11,051 bases of DNA from Naegleria gruberi (Eukaryota): assembly GCA_000004985.1 (NCBI GenBank), contig GG739004.1. One strand, 5' to 3'. Positions 1 to 8,000 of the stretch are shown here, piece by piece. Each line of letters begins with the position of its first letter. Position 1 is the first letter of the stretch. The position numbers and the translations under genes are program-made. Below the pieces are notes generated by a model. The model had not been told where the DNA came from. It searched no databases and saw nothing but the letters and a program-made list of their open reading frames with translations.

Positions 1-857
1 ATCCCTTGTAACCAAATTATTCTTTTGTTGTTTAGTTGATTTGTGTCCATACCACGAGCAATAACTCTCGCATGACAACAAAATGGAGTGAGAAATGATA
101 AAATGAAGAGAACTAAGGTACAAATTACGGTTCCAAGAAGGGAATAATAACTGGTAAAATCGTCTTGAATGTTTTGGAAAGCTAATGGAAGATCCTTTCC
201 CTGAATGCTGCAAGATTGAGGATTGACTACTGTTTTTATCAATGAAAACCATCCATCTTCACAAAAGCAAACACTCTCACCTTGATATCCTTCTCCACAA
301 TCCATTTGGAGAAATTTTACATCGTCTTCTGAATGAATTTCTGAATATTTGCAAGAGTTTGACTCATCAATGTACTCGTCTGTTCCACAATTACTCTTTG
401 TCTCACAAACTTGTTTCAAACAATTGAAAATAAGATCTCCTGAGCAATTGGGTTTACAAAATGAATTAATAAGAATGGTGTCAGTTGGACAATTATATGG
501 AAGTCTGGAAGCTTTTGAATAATCGTGATGGGTTGAAGTAAACATATCATATGATGTTGGATCTAGATTTATCACTTGTTCATAAAAAGTAACCTGGCAA
601 TTTCTAACTGATGCTTTATAGTAGAAATTAAATCTATAATAGGAAAACGGTCCTATATTGAAAGAAAAAGATTGGAGTGAACATCCAGAAAGAAATAACT
701 CATCTGAAACAGATCTGTGGTTATTGTTGAAAACCTCCATGAAAGAATAACCTGTACTGTTAAACGTTGTTGAGCCCATCTCCACAACGTAAAGAGAGCA
801 AAAACCTGAGTGAATCTTAAAACCGATTACCAGAAGTGCCAACAACAAATCTAACAT
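1..857 (-). CDS. Cys-rich type-I membrane protein with EGF-like motif. The 5' end is complete (ATG is the reverse complement of 855-857); the 3' end runs past the window start.
   Basis: I translated the minus strand by hand from the ATG at 857 to position 1: 285 codons with no stop, ending ...NNKRIIWLQG. The ORF track omits it because it has no in-window stop. The N-terminus MLDLLLALLVIGFKIHSGFCS is hydrophobic and signal-peptide-like. The ectodomain is Cys-rich with NxS/T sites and one EGF-like signature, CGEGYQGESVCFCEDGWF. A single TM-like segment (YYSLLGTVICTLVLFILSFLTPFCC) is followed by basic residues (HARVIARG). The start context is A-rich (ccaaaaaaaaATG). At roughly one-third G+C, 285 open codons are very unlikely by chance. 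Confidence 0.55.
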   Translation of the reverse strand, partial: MLDLLLALLVIGFKIHSGFCSLYVVEMGSTTFNSTGYSFMEVFNNNHRSVSDELFLSGCSLQSFSFNIGPFSYYRFNFYYKASVRNCQVTFYEQVINLDPTSYDMFTSTHHDYSKASRLPYNCPTDTILINSFCKPNCSGDLIFNCLKQVCETKSNCGTDEYIDESNSCKYSEIHSEDDVKFLQMDCGEGYQGESVCFCEDGWFSLIKTVVNPQSCSIQGKDLPLAFQNIQDDFTSYYSLLGTVICTLVLFILSFLTPFCCHARVIARGMDTNQLNNKRIIWLQG

Positions 858-889
858 TTTTTTTTGGTTTTTTTTGGTAATTTCCTGAT
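858..889. repeat. 32-nt spacer between two same-strand (minus) CDSs, made of two oligo-T runs (tttttttttggtttttttt on the plus strand)
   Basis: Read directly. The homeodomain CDS stop is at 890-892 and the next CDS begins at 857. The spacer is almost entirely A/T homopolymer. Confidence 0.8.
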
Positions 890-1405
890 TTATTCCTTGA
901 TTATTTCTCCTTGTTGGAAAATACATTCCTTTGGAACTGTATCACCTACAGTTTTTTTCCAAGCCCTTCCTCTTGTATTGATAAACCAATTGGTTATTTG
1001 ATTTTTTGTTAAACCAGTCTGTTCCATCAACATTTTCTTTTCAGAACTTGTTGGGAAGGGGTGTGCTAAGTGGTCCAAAAACCAGTTGTTAAGAACATCT
1101 GTTGGTTTTCCTCCAAGGCTTAATTTTTGAGATTCAATAACACCAAGAGATTTGATTAATTCTTTTTCTCCTTCCTCTACAGCCTTTTCTTTATAGGTTT
1201 GGATCAGTAGGGTTGCCTTGGGGTTTAGGATGGATTTTAAAATTAATTCATCAAGATCAAACATAAGCTGGGACAAATGACCTTCAATTTCTTCCTTCCT
1301 ACTGATTGCTCTTTGGAATTTTTCTGATGTTGATGATATTTTCTCGTACCTGCTCTTAGTTTGTTCTCTAAAATCTTGAATCGAGGAAAACAACATTGCC
1401 GACAT
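890..1405 (-). CDS. TALE-class homeodomain transcription factor, 171 aa (CUP9/TOS8/MEIS/KNOX-like). The homeodomain is C-terminal.
   Basis: Complete ORF. The C-terminal region [51 protein letters not shown] carries the TALE signature: a three-residue loop extension (PFP) between helices 1 and 2, and the WFxNxR recognition helix. The best resemblance is to fungal Cup9/Tos8-type 'TGLTKxQxxNWFINxRRR'. The start context is A-rich (aaaaaaaATGtcg). Confidence 0.8.
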   Translation of the reverse strand: MSAMLFSSIQDFREQTKSRYEKISSTSEKFQRAISRKEEIEGHLSQLMFDLDELILKSILNPKATLLIQTYKEKAVEEGEKELIKSLGVIESQKLSLGGKPTDVLNNWFLDHLAHPFPTSSEKKMLMEQTGLTKNQITNWFINTRGRAWKKTVGDTVPKECIFQQGEIIKE

Positions 1406-1514
1406 TTTTTTATTTTTAATAAAGGAAGATTCCTTAATTGCTTGCTGTAAAACAGTTCCAAGTGCCAGACTGATGGTTGACTTGACCAGTCAAAAAAAAT
1501 ATTTAAACATCATA
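1406..1514. promoter_or_regulatory. Divergent (bidirectional) promoter region, about 109 bp, between the homeodomain gene (minus) and the Rac-like GTPase gene (plus)
   Basis: Two start codons face away from each other, at 1405 (minus) and 1515 (plus). The region is A/T-rich and contains a short palindrome, tgacCAgtca. No specific factor site is claimed. Confidence 0.3.
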
Positions 1515-1992
1515 ATGTCTGACGAGGAGATTTTAAAAATCGTAACTGTTGGTGATGGTGCTGTTGGTAAAACATGTTTACTTTATGCCTACGCAAAGAA
1601 TGAATTCCCACAAGAATATGGTAAGTAACTTATTAACAATTTTTTAACAATAAATTCAATAGTACCAACCGTATTTGATAATTATAACACCATGGTTGAA
1701 ATTAATGACAAGGAAGTGAGCATAGGACTTTGGGTAAGTAAATCGAACTTCAATACTAACTGGATTTAAAGGATACTGCTGGACAAGAAGGTAATGTTTT
1801 TAATAATTATATTAACTAACAATCAAAGACTATGACAAGTTGCGTCCTCTCTCCTATCCTGGAACAAATTGTTTTATTGTTTGTTATGCTGTTACCAACC
1901 AAGCCTCTTATGAAAACGTAGAAGCTAAGTGGTATCCTGAATTACAAAAGAATTGCCCTGACGCACCTATTATTTTGTGGGAACTAAAATGA
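1515..1992 (+). CDS. Rac-like Rho-family small GTPase. Four exons are visible: 1515-1620, 1663-1733, 1772-1790 and 1829-1992. It is truncated by the assembly gap and carries an apparent 1-nt frameshift near 1975-1977.
   Basis: The spliced translation is [35 protein letters not shown]|[24 protein letters not shown]|DTAGQE|[50 protein letters not shown]. It then shifts to frame +1 to give VGTKMD (the G4 motif NKxD/TKxD). It has the P-loop [11 protein letters not shown], switch I with the FDNY motif, and switch [21 protein letters not shown] (Rac-type W; Cdc42 has F). Intron boundaries are GT..AG with phase continuity, which I verified codon by codon. Confidence 0.8.
1621..1662 (+). other. Intron 1 of the Rac-like gene (42 nt, phase 1)
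   Basis: GTAAGTaacttattaacaattttTTAACaataaattcaatAG. It has a canonical donor, a CTAAC-like branch point (TTAAC) and an AG acceptor. Splicing restores the conserved Y|VPTVFDNY sequence. Confidence 0.75.
1734..1771 (+). other. Intron 2 of the Rac-like gene (38 nt, phase 0)
   Basis: GTAAGTaaatcgaacttcaaTACTAACtggatttaaAG. It has a perfect yeast-type TACTAAC branch box 11 nt upstream of the acceptor. Splicing joins ...SIGLW to DTAGQE. Confidence 0.8.
1791..1828 (+). other. Intron 3 of the Rac-like gene (38 nt, phase 1)
   Basis: GTAATGtttttaataattatattAACTAACaatcaaAG. It has an ACTAAC branch box. Splicing restores DTAGQE|[11 protein letters not shown]. Confidence 0.75.
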
Positions 1993-2641
1993 NNNNNNNN
2001 NNNNNNNNNNNNNNNNNNNNNNNNNNNNNNNNNNNNNNNNNNNNNNNNNNNNNNNNNNNNNNNNNNNNNNNNNNNNNNNNNNNNNNNNNNNNNNNNNNNN
2101 NNNNNNNNNNNNNNNNNNNNNNNNNNNNNNNNNNNNNNNNNNNNNNNNNNNNNNNNNNNNNNNNNNNNNNNNNNNNNNNNNNNNNNNNNNNNNNNNNNNN
2201 NNNNNNNNNNNNNNNNNNNNNNNNNNNNNNNNNNNNNNNNNNNNNNNNNNNNNNNNNNNNNNNNNNNNNNNNNNNNNNNNNNNNNNNNNNNNNNNNNNNN
2301 NNNNNNNNNNNNNNNNNNNNNNNNNNNNNNNNNNNNNNNNNNNNNNNNNNNNNNNNNNNNNNNNNNNNNNNNNNNNNNNNNNNNNNNNNNNNNNNNNNNN
2401 NNNNNNNNNNNNNNNNNNNNNNNNNNNNNNNNNNNNNNNNNNNNNNNNNNNNNNNNNNNNNNNNNNNNNNNNNNNNNNNNNNNNNNNNNNNNNNNNNNNN
2501 NNNNNNNNNNNNNNNNNNNNNNNNNNNNNNNNNNNNNNNNNNNNNNNNNNNNNNNNNNNNNNNNNNNNNNNNNNNNNNNNNNNNNNNNNNNNNNNNNNNN
2601 NNNNNNNNNNNNNNNNNNNNNNNNNNNNNNNNNNNNNNNNN
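1993..2641. other. Assembly gap (649 N)
   Basis: A literal run of n. The six-frame ORFs 1908..2660 (minus) and 1977..2678 (plus) are poly-X artefacts across it. Confidence 1.
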
Positions 2642-2717
2642 AAAGCCTTGTCAAATCCATCAGGTGGTCACAATGTAGTAAAAAGAGCGTAGTAAAAAGT
2701 TAACCTGATGAATTAAT

Positions 2718-3554
2718 TTATTCATCTTGAGTGCTTTCTTCTGTTTCTTCTTTTGGTTCCTTTGCCTCTTCATCTTCACCATACTGAATAGTCATATCAA
2801 CATAGGAGAGGATGTATTCTATCGATTCTTCATCAGTAATATCCAATTCAAGAAATCCAACCATGTTGAAGTTGTCAATTAATGAAACAATTGCATGATT
2901 GAGTTTGGAGAAAGATGAATTTCTCTTGTGGGGATTGGTTTCTTTCTCTAAAGCGTAGAGAAGCTCAGTTTTGTCAGGAACTTTTAGCTTTTCTAAAATG
3001 TTTGATCTTTCCTTATTTCCTTTTAGAGTATCACATTTTGTGAAAATATTGACATGAGGAGTCTCGAATTGAATCATTGCAGAAAGGGCCTGGGTAATAC
3101 CACTGATATATTTTGTAACATCTTCTATAAATTGTACGTCCATACAATAGACACAACAAACCCTATATCCTCTTCGTTCCAACTCCTTTACAAATAACTG
3201 CATGATTGGTACATGACTGTAAAGTTCAATTTGACCTGGACAATCAAAGATTAAATAGTCATTCTCATAATCACTCAATTCTTCCGAGAACCAATCTTCT
3301 AAATTCTGCATTAAATATTCCATACAGTAAACTAGACCTCCGTTAGGACCAAGTTGAAACTCCTCCATGACATCCTCCAATGTTACCAAGTCACGAATAT
3401 CAAATGCACATTGATATTTAAACTCCTCAGCCGCAGGATCTAAATTTACAACATGAATAATTCTCTTTGTATTGTTACCATGTTCTTGAATTTGGCAATA
3501 AGTCGATTTTCCGGAACCAGCAGGTCCAATCACTAGTTGTGCGTGTTTCCCCAT
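2718..3554 (-). CDS. GPN3: GPN-loop GTPase 3 (GPN3/Fet5 family), complete, 278 aa, no intron
   Basis: The N-terminus MGKHAQLVIGPAGSGKSTYC is the hallmark GPN3 start (P-loop GPAGSGKST). The C-tail is acidic (EDEEAKEPKEETEESTQDE). The start context is A-rich (caaaaaaaATGggg) and the stop is TAA. Confidence 0.9.
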   Translation of the reverse strand: MGKHAQLVIGPAGSGKSTYCQIQEHGNNTKRIIHVVNLDPAAEEFKYQCAFDIRDLVTLEDVMEEFQLGPNGGLVYCMEYLMQNLEDWFSEELSDYENDYLIFDCPGQIELYSHVPIMQLFVKELERRGYRVCCVYCMDVQFIEDVTKYISGITQALSAMIQFETPHVNIFTKCDTLKGNKERSNILEKLKVPDKTELLYALEKETNPHKRNSSFSKLNHAIVSLIDNFNMVGFLELDITDEESIEYILSYVDMTIQYGEDEEAKEPKEETEESTQDE

Positions 3555-4459
3555 TTTTTTTGAGTATTAAAAATGTTGTGGGCTGCTTCCACCACAGATA
3601 ACCAAAGGTCCTTGTCTCTAAGGTTGTTAGCAACAAAGTCAATTTGCTCTTTACAACAACACTTCATTCCACATTTGAGGAGGTTCTCAATGGTAATTGT
3701 GTCTCTTTCATTCTCTACAACCCTTGAAAAACATTGAAGCAATCCAGAACAAATTAGGTCATAGTTTTCATTTGTAATATTGTATCCAGATTGTTTAGCA
3801 ACTAAATTGGCCAAATCTAGGAGGTAAGGTTTTATATTTCCTGAAAGAAGTATCGAGAAAAACTCATGACATTTGTCTAAATATGATTCACGTTTTTCTT
3901 TCAAAGTTATGGGTGTGTATGTTTGATCTAAAGCTACCAGAGAACGTTGATTGAGAAGAATGTTGGATTCATTTCCCTCATTGTCCCAAAAATATGAGCA
4001 GGGGGTTCTGTCTGAGTTATTGAGCAAAATGTCAACAAATAACAGCTTTCCAAAATCAATCCAAACTTGTTCTTTTTCGAAATCTCGAAGTTTTTGTAAG
4101 CTAACGAGGTTGGGCACGGATTCCATCACTAATATTGACTTCATATGACTGAATTCTGATTCAATTTTTAAAACTATTTCCTGTTTTTCAACACGAACTC
4201 CCCAGTCGTGAATTTTTTGAATCCAAATATCAACAGAGAATCGAGGATCATTACATTGAAACAAAACAAACATTTGAGGAGAATACAGCCCAAAAAACGA
4301 AGCAAAACAGGTTCCAAACACCTGCTCAGCCAAGTCATATTTGCAACATTTCAAAACCAAGGAGATTTTTTCATATTGGACAAATAGAATACTAGCGTCA
4401 TATTTCGAGCAGGGAACAACCGAAATCACTTCTCCAGTGTTTGTAAAATCCAAAGACAT
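3533..4459 (-). CDS. Hypothetical protein, 308 aa, with no confidently recognised domain. Its 3' end overlaps the GPN3 start by 22 nt.
   Basis: An ORF of 309 codons in AT-rich sequence is far too long to be chance. The start context is A-rich. It contains kinase-like short motifs (VLK...AEQ...LVME...WIDFGK...VDILLNN) and several Cys pairs (LKCCKY, KCCCKE). None is diagnostic. Confidence 0.55.
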   Translation of the reverse strand: MSLDFTNTGEVISVVPCSKYDASILFVQYEKISLVLKCCKYDLAEQVFGTCFASFFGLYSPQMFVLFQCNDPRFSVDIWIQKIHDWGVRVEKQEIVLKIESEFSHMKSILVMESVPNLVSLQKLRDFEKEQVWIDFGKLLFVDILLNNSDRTPCSYFWDNEGNESNILLNQRSLVALDQTYTPITLKEKRESYLDKCHEFFSILLSGNIKPYLLDLANLVAKQSGYNITNENYDLICSGLLQCFSRVVENERDTITIENLLKCGMKCCCKEQIDFVANNLRDKDLWLSVVEAAHNIFNTQKKWGNTHN

Positions 4460-4507
4460 TCTTTTTTTTAATTTAGGAATTGGTTTTGTTTTGTTCTTTT
4501 AACAAAA
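4460..4507. promoter_or_regulatory. 48-nt spacer between divergently transcribed CDSs (308-aa minus and 162-aa plus); a minimal bidirectional promoter/5'UTR region
   Basis: Start codons at 4459 (minus) and 4508 (plus). The spacer is T/A-rich: ctttttttaatttaggaattggttttgttttgttcttttaacaaaa. Confidence 0.3.
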
Positions 4508-4996
4508 ATGAGTTTACTAGATGCACCACTTATTTCCCCAATTTCCATTGCAAATTCTTCTGCTCCTGTTTTACGAAGGAATGATACAATACCAAGGGCT
4601 TCCATCATGGAGTCCTCTTTTTTGGAAGATATTTCAGAAATTCATGAGGTTACGATCAATAGAAACATAAATGATGAACTGAACAGTCTTCAACACGATC
4701 TTTCCAGAATTTCTCAAGGAAGAATATTTGACACAGGACCAATTGATGAAATTATGCAAGATACAATATTTACAACCGAAGAAAGAAATGAAATTTACTT
4801 AAATGATAAGATAATTAACGATTTTTCATCACGAGTAATGCTTGAAAATTATATTCTATCTAAATGTGAATCGGAACTTGACAATACAAAGAATAACAAA
4901 ATTTGGAATGAAGATGTAAGAGAAAAATTTATTGGTACTGATGATTGGGATTACCTACATCATGATGAGCTCAAATCTGCCTTCAAAAAATTTTAA
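4508..4996 (+). CDS. Hypothetical protein, 162 aa (acidic, Ser/Asn/Glu/Asp-rich; no recognised domain)
   Basis: Complete ORF with an A-rich start context (aacaaaaATGagt) and a TAA stop, 52 nt before the second gap. 163 open codons is unlikely by chance at this base composition (about 7% stop-codon frequency per codon). Confidence 0.5.
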   Translation: MSLLDAPLISPISIANSSAPVLRRNDTIPRASIMESSFLEDISEIHEVTINRNINDELNSLQHDLSRISQGRIFDTGPIDEIMQDTIFTTEERNEIYLNDKIINDFSSRVMLENYILSKCESELDNTKNNKIWNEDVREKFIGTDDWDYLHHDELKSAFKKF

Positions 4997-5048
4997 TTTT
5001 ACTTATTTACAATTATTATCGAATACTTCTCATGTTTCTTGGAGCAGT

Positions 5049-8000
5049 NNNNNNNNNNNNNNNNNNNNNNNNNNNNNNNNNNNNNNNNNNNNNNNNNNNN
5101 NNNNNNNNNNNNNNNNNNNNNNNNNNNNNNNNNNNNNNNNNNNNNNNNNNNNNNNNNNNNNNNNNNNNNNNNNNNNNNNNNNNNNNNNNNNNNNNNNNNN
5201 NNNNNNNNNNNNNNNNNNNNNNNNNNNNNNNNNNNNNNNNNNNNNNNNNNNNNNNNNNNNNNNNNNNNNNNNNNNNNNNNNNNNNNNNNNNNNNNNNNNN
5301 NNNNNNNNNNNNNNNNNNNNNNNNNNNNNNNNNNNNNNNNNNNNNNNNNNNNNNNNNNNNNNNNNNNNNNNNNNNNNNNNNNNNNNNNNNNNNNNNNNNN
5401 NNNNNNNNNNNNNNNNNNNNNNNNNNNNNNNNNNNNNNNNNNNNNNNNNNNNNNNNNNNNNNNNNNNNNNNNNNNNNNNNNNNNNNNNNNNNNNNNNNNN
5501 NNNNNNNNNNNNNNNNNNNNNNNNNNNNNNNNNNNNNNNNNNNNNNNNNNNNNNNNNNNNNNNNNNNNNNNNNNNNNNNNNNNNNNNNNNNNNNNNNNNN
5601 NNNNNNNNNNNNNNNNNNNNNNNNNNNNNNNNNNNNNNNNNNNNNNNNNNNNNNNNNNNNNNNNNNNNNNNNNNNNNNNNNNNNNNNNNNNNNNNNNNNN
5701 NNNNNNNNNNNNNNNNNNNNNNNNNNNNNNNNNNNNNNNNNNNNNNNNNNNNNNNNNNNNNNNNNNNNNNNNNNNNNNNNNNNNNNNNNNNNNNNNNNNN
5801 NNNNNNNNNNNNNNNNNNNNNNNNNNNNNNNNNNNNNNNNNNNNNNNNNNNNNNNNNNNNNNNNNNNNNNNNNNNNNNNNNNNNNNNNNNNNNNNNNNNN
5901 NNNNNNNNNNNNNNNNNNNNNNNNNNNNNNNNNNNNNNNNNNNNNNNNNNNNNNNNNNNNNNNNNNNNNNNNNNNNNNNNNNNNNNNNNNNNNNNNNNNN
6001 NNNNNNNNNNNNNNNNNNNNNNNNNNNNNNNNNNNNNNNNNNNNNNNNNNNNNNNNNNNNNNNNNNNNNNNNNNNNNNNNNNNNNNNNNNNNNNNNNNNN
6101 NNNNNNNNNNNNNNNNNNNNNNNNNNNNNNNNNNNNNNNNNNNNNNNNNNNNNNNNNNNNNNNNNNNNNNNNNNNNNNNNNNNNNNNNNNNNNNNNNNNN
6201 NNNNNNNNNNNNNNNNNNNNNNNNNNNNNNNNNNNNNNNNNNNNNNNNNNNNNNNNNNNNNNNNNNNNNNNNNNNNNNNNNNNNNNNNNNNNNNNNNNNN
6301 NNNNNNNNNNNNNNNNNNNNNNNNNNNNNNNNNNNNNNNNNNNNNNNNNNNNNNNNNNNNNNNNNNNNNNNNNNNNNNNNNNNNNNNNNNNNNNNNNNNN
6401 NNNNNNNNNNNNNNNNNNNNNNNNNNNNNNNNNNNNNNNNNNNNNNNNNNNNNNNNNNNNNNNNNNNNNNNNNNNNNNNNNNNNNNNNNNNNNNNNNNNN
6501 NNNNNNNNNNNNNNNNNNNNNNNNNNNNNNNNNNNNNNNNNNNNNNNNNNNNNNNNNNNNNNNNNNNNNNNNNNNNNNNNNNNNNNNNNNNNNNNNNNNN
6601 NNNNNNNNNNNNNNNNNNNNNNNNNNNNNNNNNNNNNNNNNNNNNNNNNNNNNNNNNNNNNNNNNNNNNNNNNNNNNNNNNNNNNNNNNNNNNNNNNNNN
6701 NNNNNNNNNNNNNNNNNNNNNNNNNNNNNNNNNNNNNNNNNNNNNNNNNNNNNNNNNNNNNNNNNNNNNNNNNNNNNNNNNNNNNNNNNNNNNNNNNNNN
6801 NNNNNNNNNNNNNNNNNNNNNNNNNNNNNNNNNNNNNNNNNNNNNNNNNNNNNNNNNNNNNNNNNNNNNNNNNNNNNNNNNNNNNNNNNNNNNNNNNNNN
6901 NNNNNNNNNNNNNNNNNNNNNNNNNNNNNNNNNNNNNNNNNNNNNNNNNNNNNNNNNNNNNNNNNNNNNNNNNNNNNNNNNNNNNNNNNNNNNNNNNNNN
7001 NNNNNNNNNNNNNNNNNNNNNNNNNNNNNNNNNNNNNNNNNNNNNNNNNNNNNNNNNNNNNNNNNNNNNNNNNNNNNNNNNNNNNNNNNNNNNNNNNNNN
7101 NNNNNNNNNNNNNNNNNNNNNNNNNNNNNNNNNNNNNNNNNNNNNNNNNNNNNNNNNNNNNNNNNNNNNNNNNNNNNNNNNNNNNNNNNNNNNNNNNNNN
7201 NNNNNNNNNNNNNNNNNNNNNNNNNNNNNNNNNNNNNNNNNNNNNNNNNNNNNNNNNNNNNNNNNNNNNNNNNNNNNNNNNNNNNNNNNNNNNNNNNNNN
7301 NNNNNNNNNNNNNNNNNNNNNNNNNNNNNNNNNNNNNNNNNNNNNNNNNNNNNNNNNNNNNNNNNNNNNNNNNNNNNNNNNNNNNNNNNNNNNNNNNNNN
7401 NNNNNNNNNNNNNNNNNNNNNNNNNNNNNNNNNNNNNNNNNNNNNNNNNNNNNNNNNNNNNNNNNNNNNNNNNNNNNNNNNNNNNNNNNNNNNNNNNNNN
7501 NNNNNNNNNNNNNNNNNNNNNNNNNNNNNNNNNNNNNNNNNNNNNNNNNNNNNNNNNNNNNNNNNNNNNNNNNNNNNNNNNNNNNNNNNNNNNNNNNNNN
7601 NNNNNNNNNNNNNNNNNNNNNNNNNNNNNNNNNNNNNNNNNNNNNNNNNNNNNNNNNNNNNNNNNNNNNNNNNNNNNNNNNNNNNNNNNNNNNNNNNNNN
7701 NNNNNNNNNNNNNNNNNNNNNNNNNNNNNNNNNNNNNNNNNNNNNNNNNNNNNNNNNNNNNNNNNNNNNNNNNNNNNNNNNNNNNNNNNNNNNNNNNNNN
7801 NNNNNNNNNNNNNNNNNNNNNNNNNNNNNNNNNNNNNNNNNNNNNNNNNNNNNNNNNNNNNNNNNNNNNNNNNNNNNNNNNNNNNNNNNNNNNNNNNNNN
7901 NNNNNNNNNNNNNNNNNNNNNNNNNNNNNNNNNNNNNNNNNNNNNNNNNNNNNNNNNNNNNNNNNNNNNNNNNNNNNNNNNNNNNNNNNNNNNNNNNNNN

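Noticed and set aside
242-427. 61-aa plus-strand ORF
   Set aside because: It lies antisense inside the much longer, well-supported minus-strand membrane-protein CDS. It has no start context and no similarity, and its length is within chance expectation.
890-1405. Interpretation as a mating-type (MAT) locus homeodomain gene
   Set aside because: No HMG, alpha-box or partner homeodomain gene is adjacent, and the flanking genes (a Rac GTPase and an EGF-like membrane protein) are not typical MAT flanks. It is kept only as a low-probability remark in the findings.
1243-1461. 72-aa minus-strand ORF overlapping the 5' end of the homeobox gene
   Set aside because: It is an alternative frame over a real CDS and promoter. 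Its translation is Lys/Arg/Cys-rich junk, so I judge it spurious.
1908-2678. ORFs 1908..2660 (minus) and 1977..2678 (plus), with long X-runs
   Set aside because: They exist only because N translates to X across the 649-nt gap. The real content is the Rac exon 4 fragment at 1829-1992.
3951-4148. 65-aa plus-strand ORF
   Set aside because: It is antisense within the 308-aa CDS and is a chance ORF.
3533-4459. Assigning the 308-aa protein to the inositol-polyphosphate-kinase or protein-kinase families on the basis of 'WIDFGK' and 'VDILLNN'
   Set aside because: The motif order and spacing do not fit either family: the IDF motif is at residue ~135 of 308 and no PxxxDxKxG motif precedes it. The resemblance is too weak to annotate.
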